Origin: an uncultured Pseudomonadota bacterium
Lineage (GTDB): Bacteria > Oederibacteriota > Muellerivitia > Muellerivitales > Muellerivitaceae
DNA: 64,000 nt
Direction of reading: 5' to 3'
Assembly (NCBI GenBank): GCA_963843375.1
Contig: CAWJKT010000009.1
Span: 1-64,000 of the forward strand
Made by a program: the position numbers and the translations under genes. The first letter of the stretch is position 1. Each line of letters starts with the position of its first letter. The notes beneath the pieces were generated by a model. The model was not told the origin of the DNA, searched no databases, and saw only the letters and a program-made list of their open reading frames with translations. Of the stretch, positions 63,586 through 64,000 are shown in pieces.

Positions 63586-64000
63586 ATCAATCGCCACTCA
63601 ACACACGTCTGGCATGGAAAGCTCTTGAAACCCATTCCACGAAAATCCATCCCCTGCATCTTCGGCAGTTCTTCGCGGAAGACCTGGAACGGGGGAAACG
63701 GATGACGGCTGAGGCCGTCGGAATTTATTTTGATTATTCCAAGCACCGCGTTACCGACGAGACACTTAAACTCCTTTTTCAATTGGCTGAGGAATCGGGT
63801 CTTCGGACCCATATTGAGGCCATGTTCCGGGGCGATAAAATCAATATCACGGAGAAGCGGGCGGTTCTGCATACGGCTTTGCGCGCGCCTAAAGGACAAT
63901 CCATTTTCGTTGACGGTGTGGATGTGGTGCCTCAAGTTCACGCGGTGCTCGACAAGATGGCTGAGTTTTCCCAAAAAGTGCGCAGTGGAGAGTGGAAAGG
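63582..64000 (+). CDS. pgi: Glucose-6-phosphate isomerase (5' part, runs off window)
   Basis: FDYSKH, MFRGDKINITEKRAVLHTALR. Confidence 0.93.
   Translation, partial: MNQSPLNTRLAWKALETHSTKIHPLHLRQFFAEDLERGKRMTAEAVGIYFDYSKHRVTDETLKLLFQLAEESGLRTHIEAMFRGDKINITEKRAVLHTALRAPKGQSIFVDGVDVVPQVHAVLDKMAEFSQKVRSGEWK

Overview
The window looks like two unrelated pieces joined at about 6560. (A) 1-~6559 is very GC-rich, actinobacterial-style DNA. It holds two 1309-bp IS3-family copies in inverted orientation. Each has its own target-site duplication and each interrupts a different gene (a GH1 beta-glucosidase and a SAM methyltransferase). It also has a frameshifted LacI regulator and an acyl-CoA-synthetase/IcmF deletion chimera. 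(B) ~6560-64000 is lower-GC DNA in three parts. (i) An integrated element ends at a tRNA-Thr(UGU) 3' fragment (32348-32403). It carries a defence cluster (HEPN-motif protein, MmeI-like MTase/YeeB helicase/YeeC GIY-YIG, AIPR), an XRE repressor with a palindromic operator, and one ~14-kb operon. The operon encodes surface lipoproteins, an outer-membrane barrel, a minimal VirB2/B6/B3/B4/B8-like set, TPR-GGDEF, SpoVG, Xis and Int; no relaxase or coupling protein is visible. (ii) A short scar region has two orphan antitoxin-like genes and a second tRNA fragment. (iii) An intact XylR/V4R sigma54 activator precedes divergent -24/-12 promoters and palindromic UAS sites, followed by a ~27-kb glycogen-mobilisation/fermentation/stress cluster (HPr, glgP, glgX, malQ, ackA, xfp, katE, aldehyde/alcohol dehydrogenases, nnr, class I aldolase, H+-ATPase, PPK2, rpiB, pgi). 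A DUF2934-like motif recurs there as a free protein and as a C-terminal tag on two enzymes. All calls are from motif recognition by eye; no searches were run. Many coordinates in 17.9-30.5 kb are approximate because of numerous indels.
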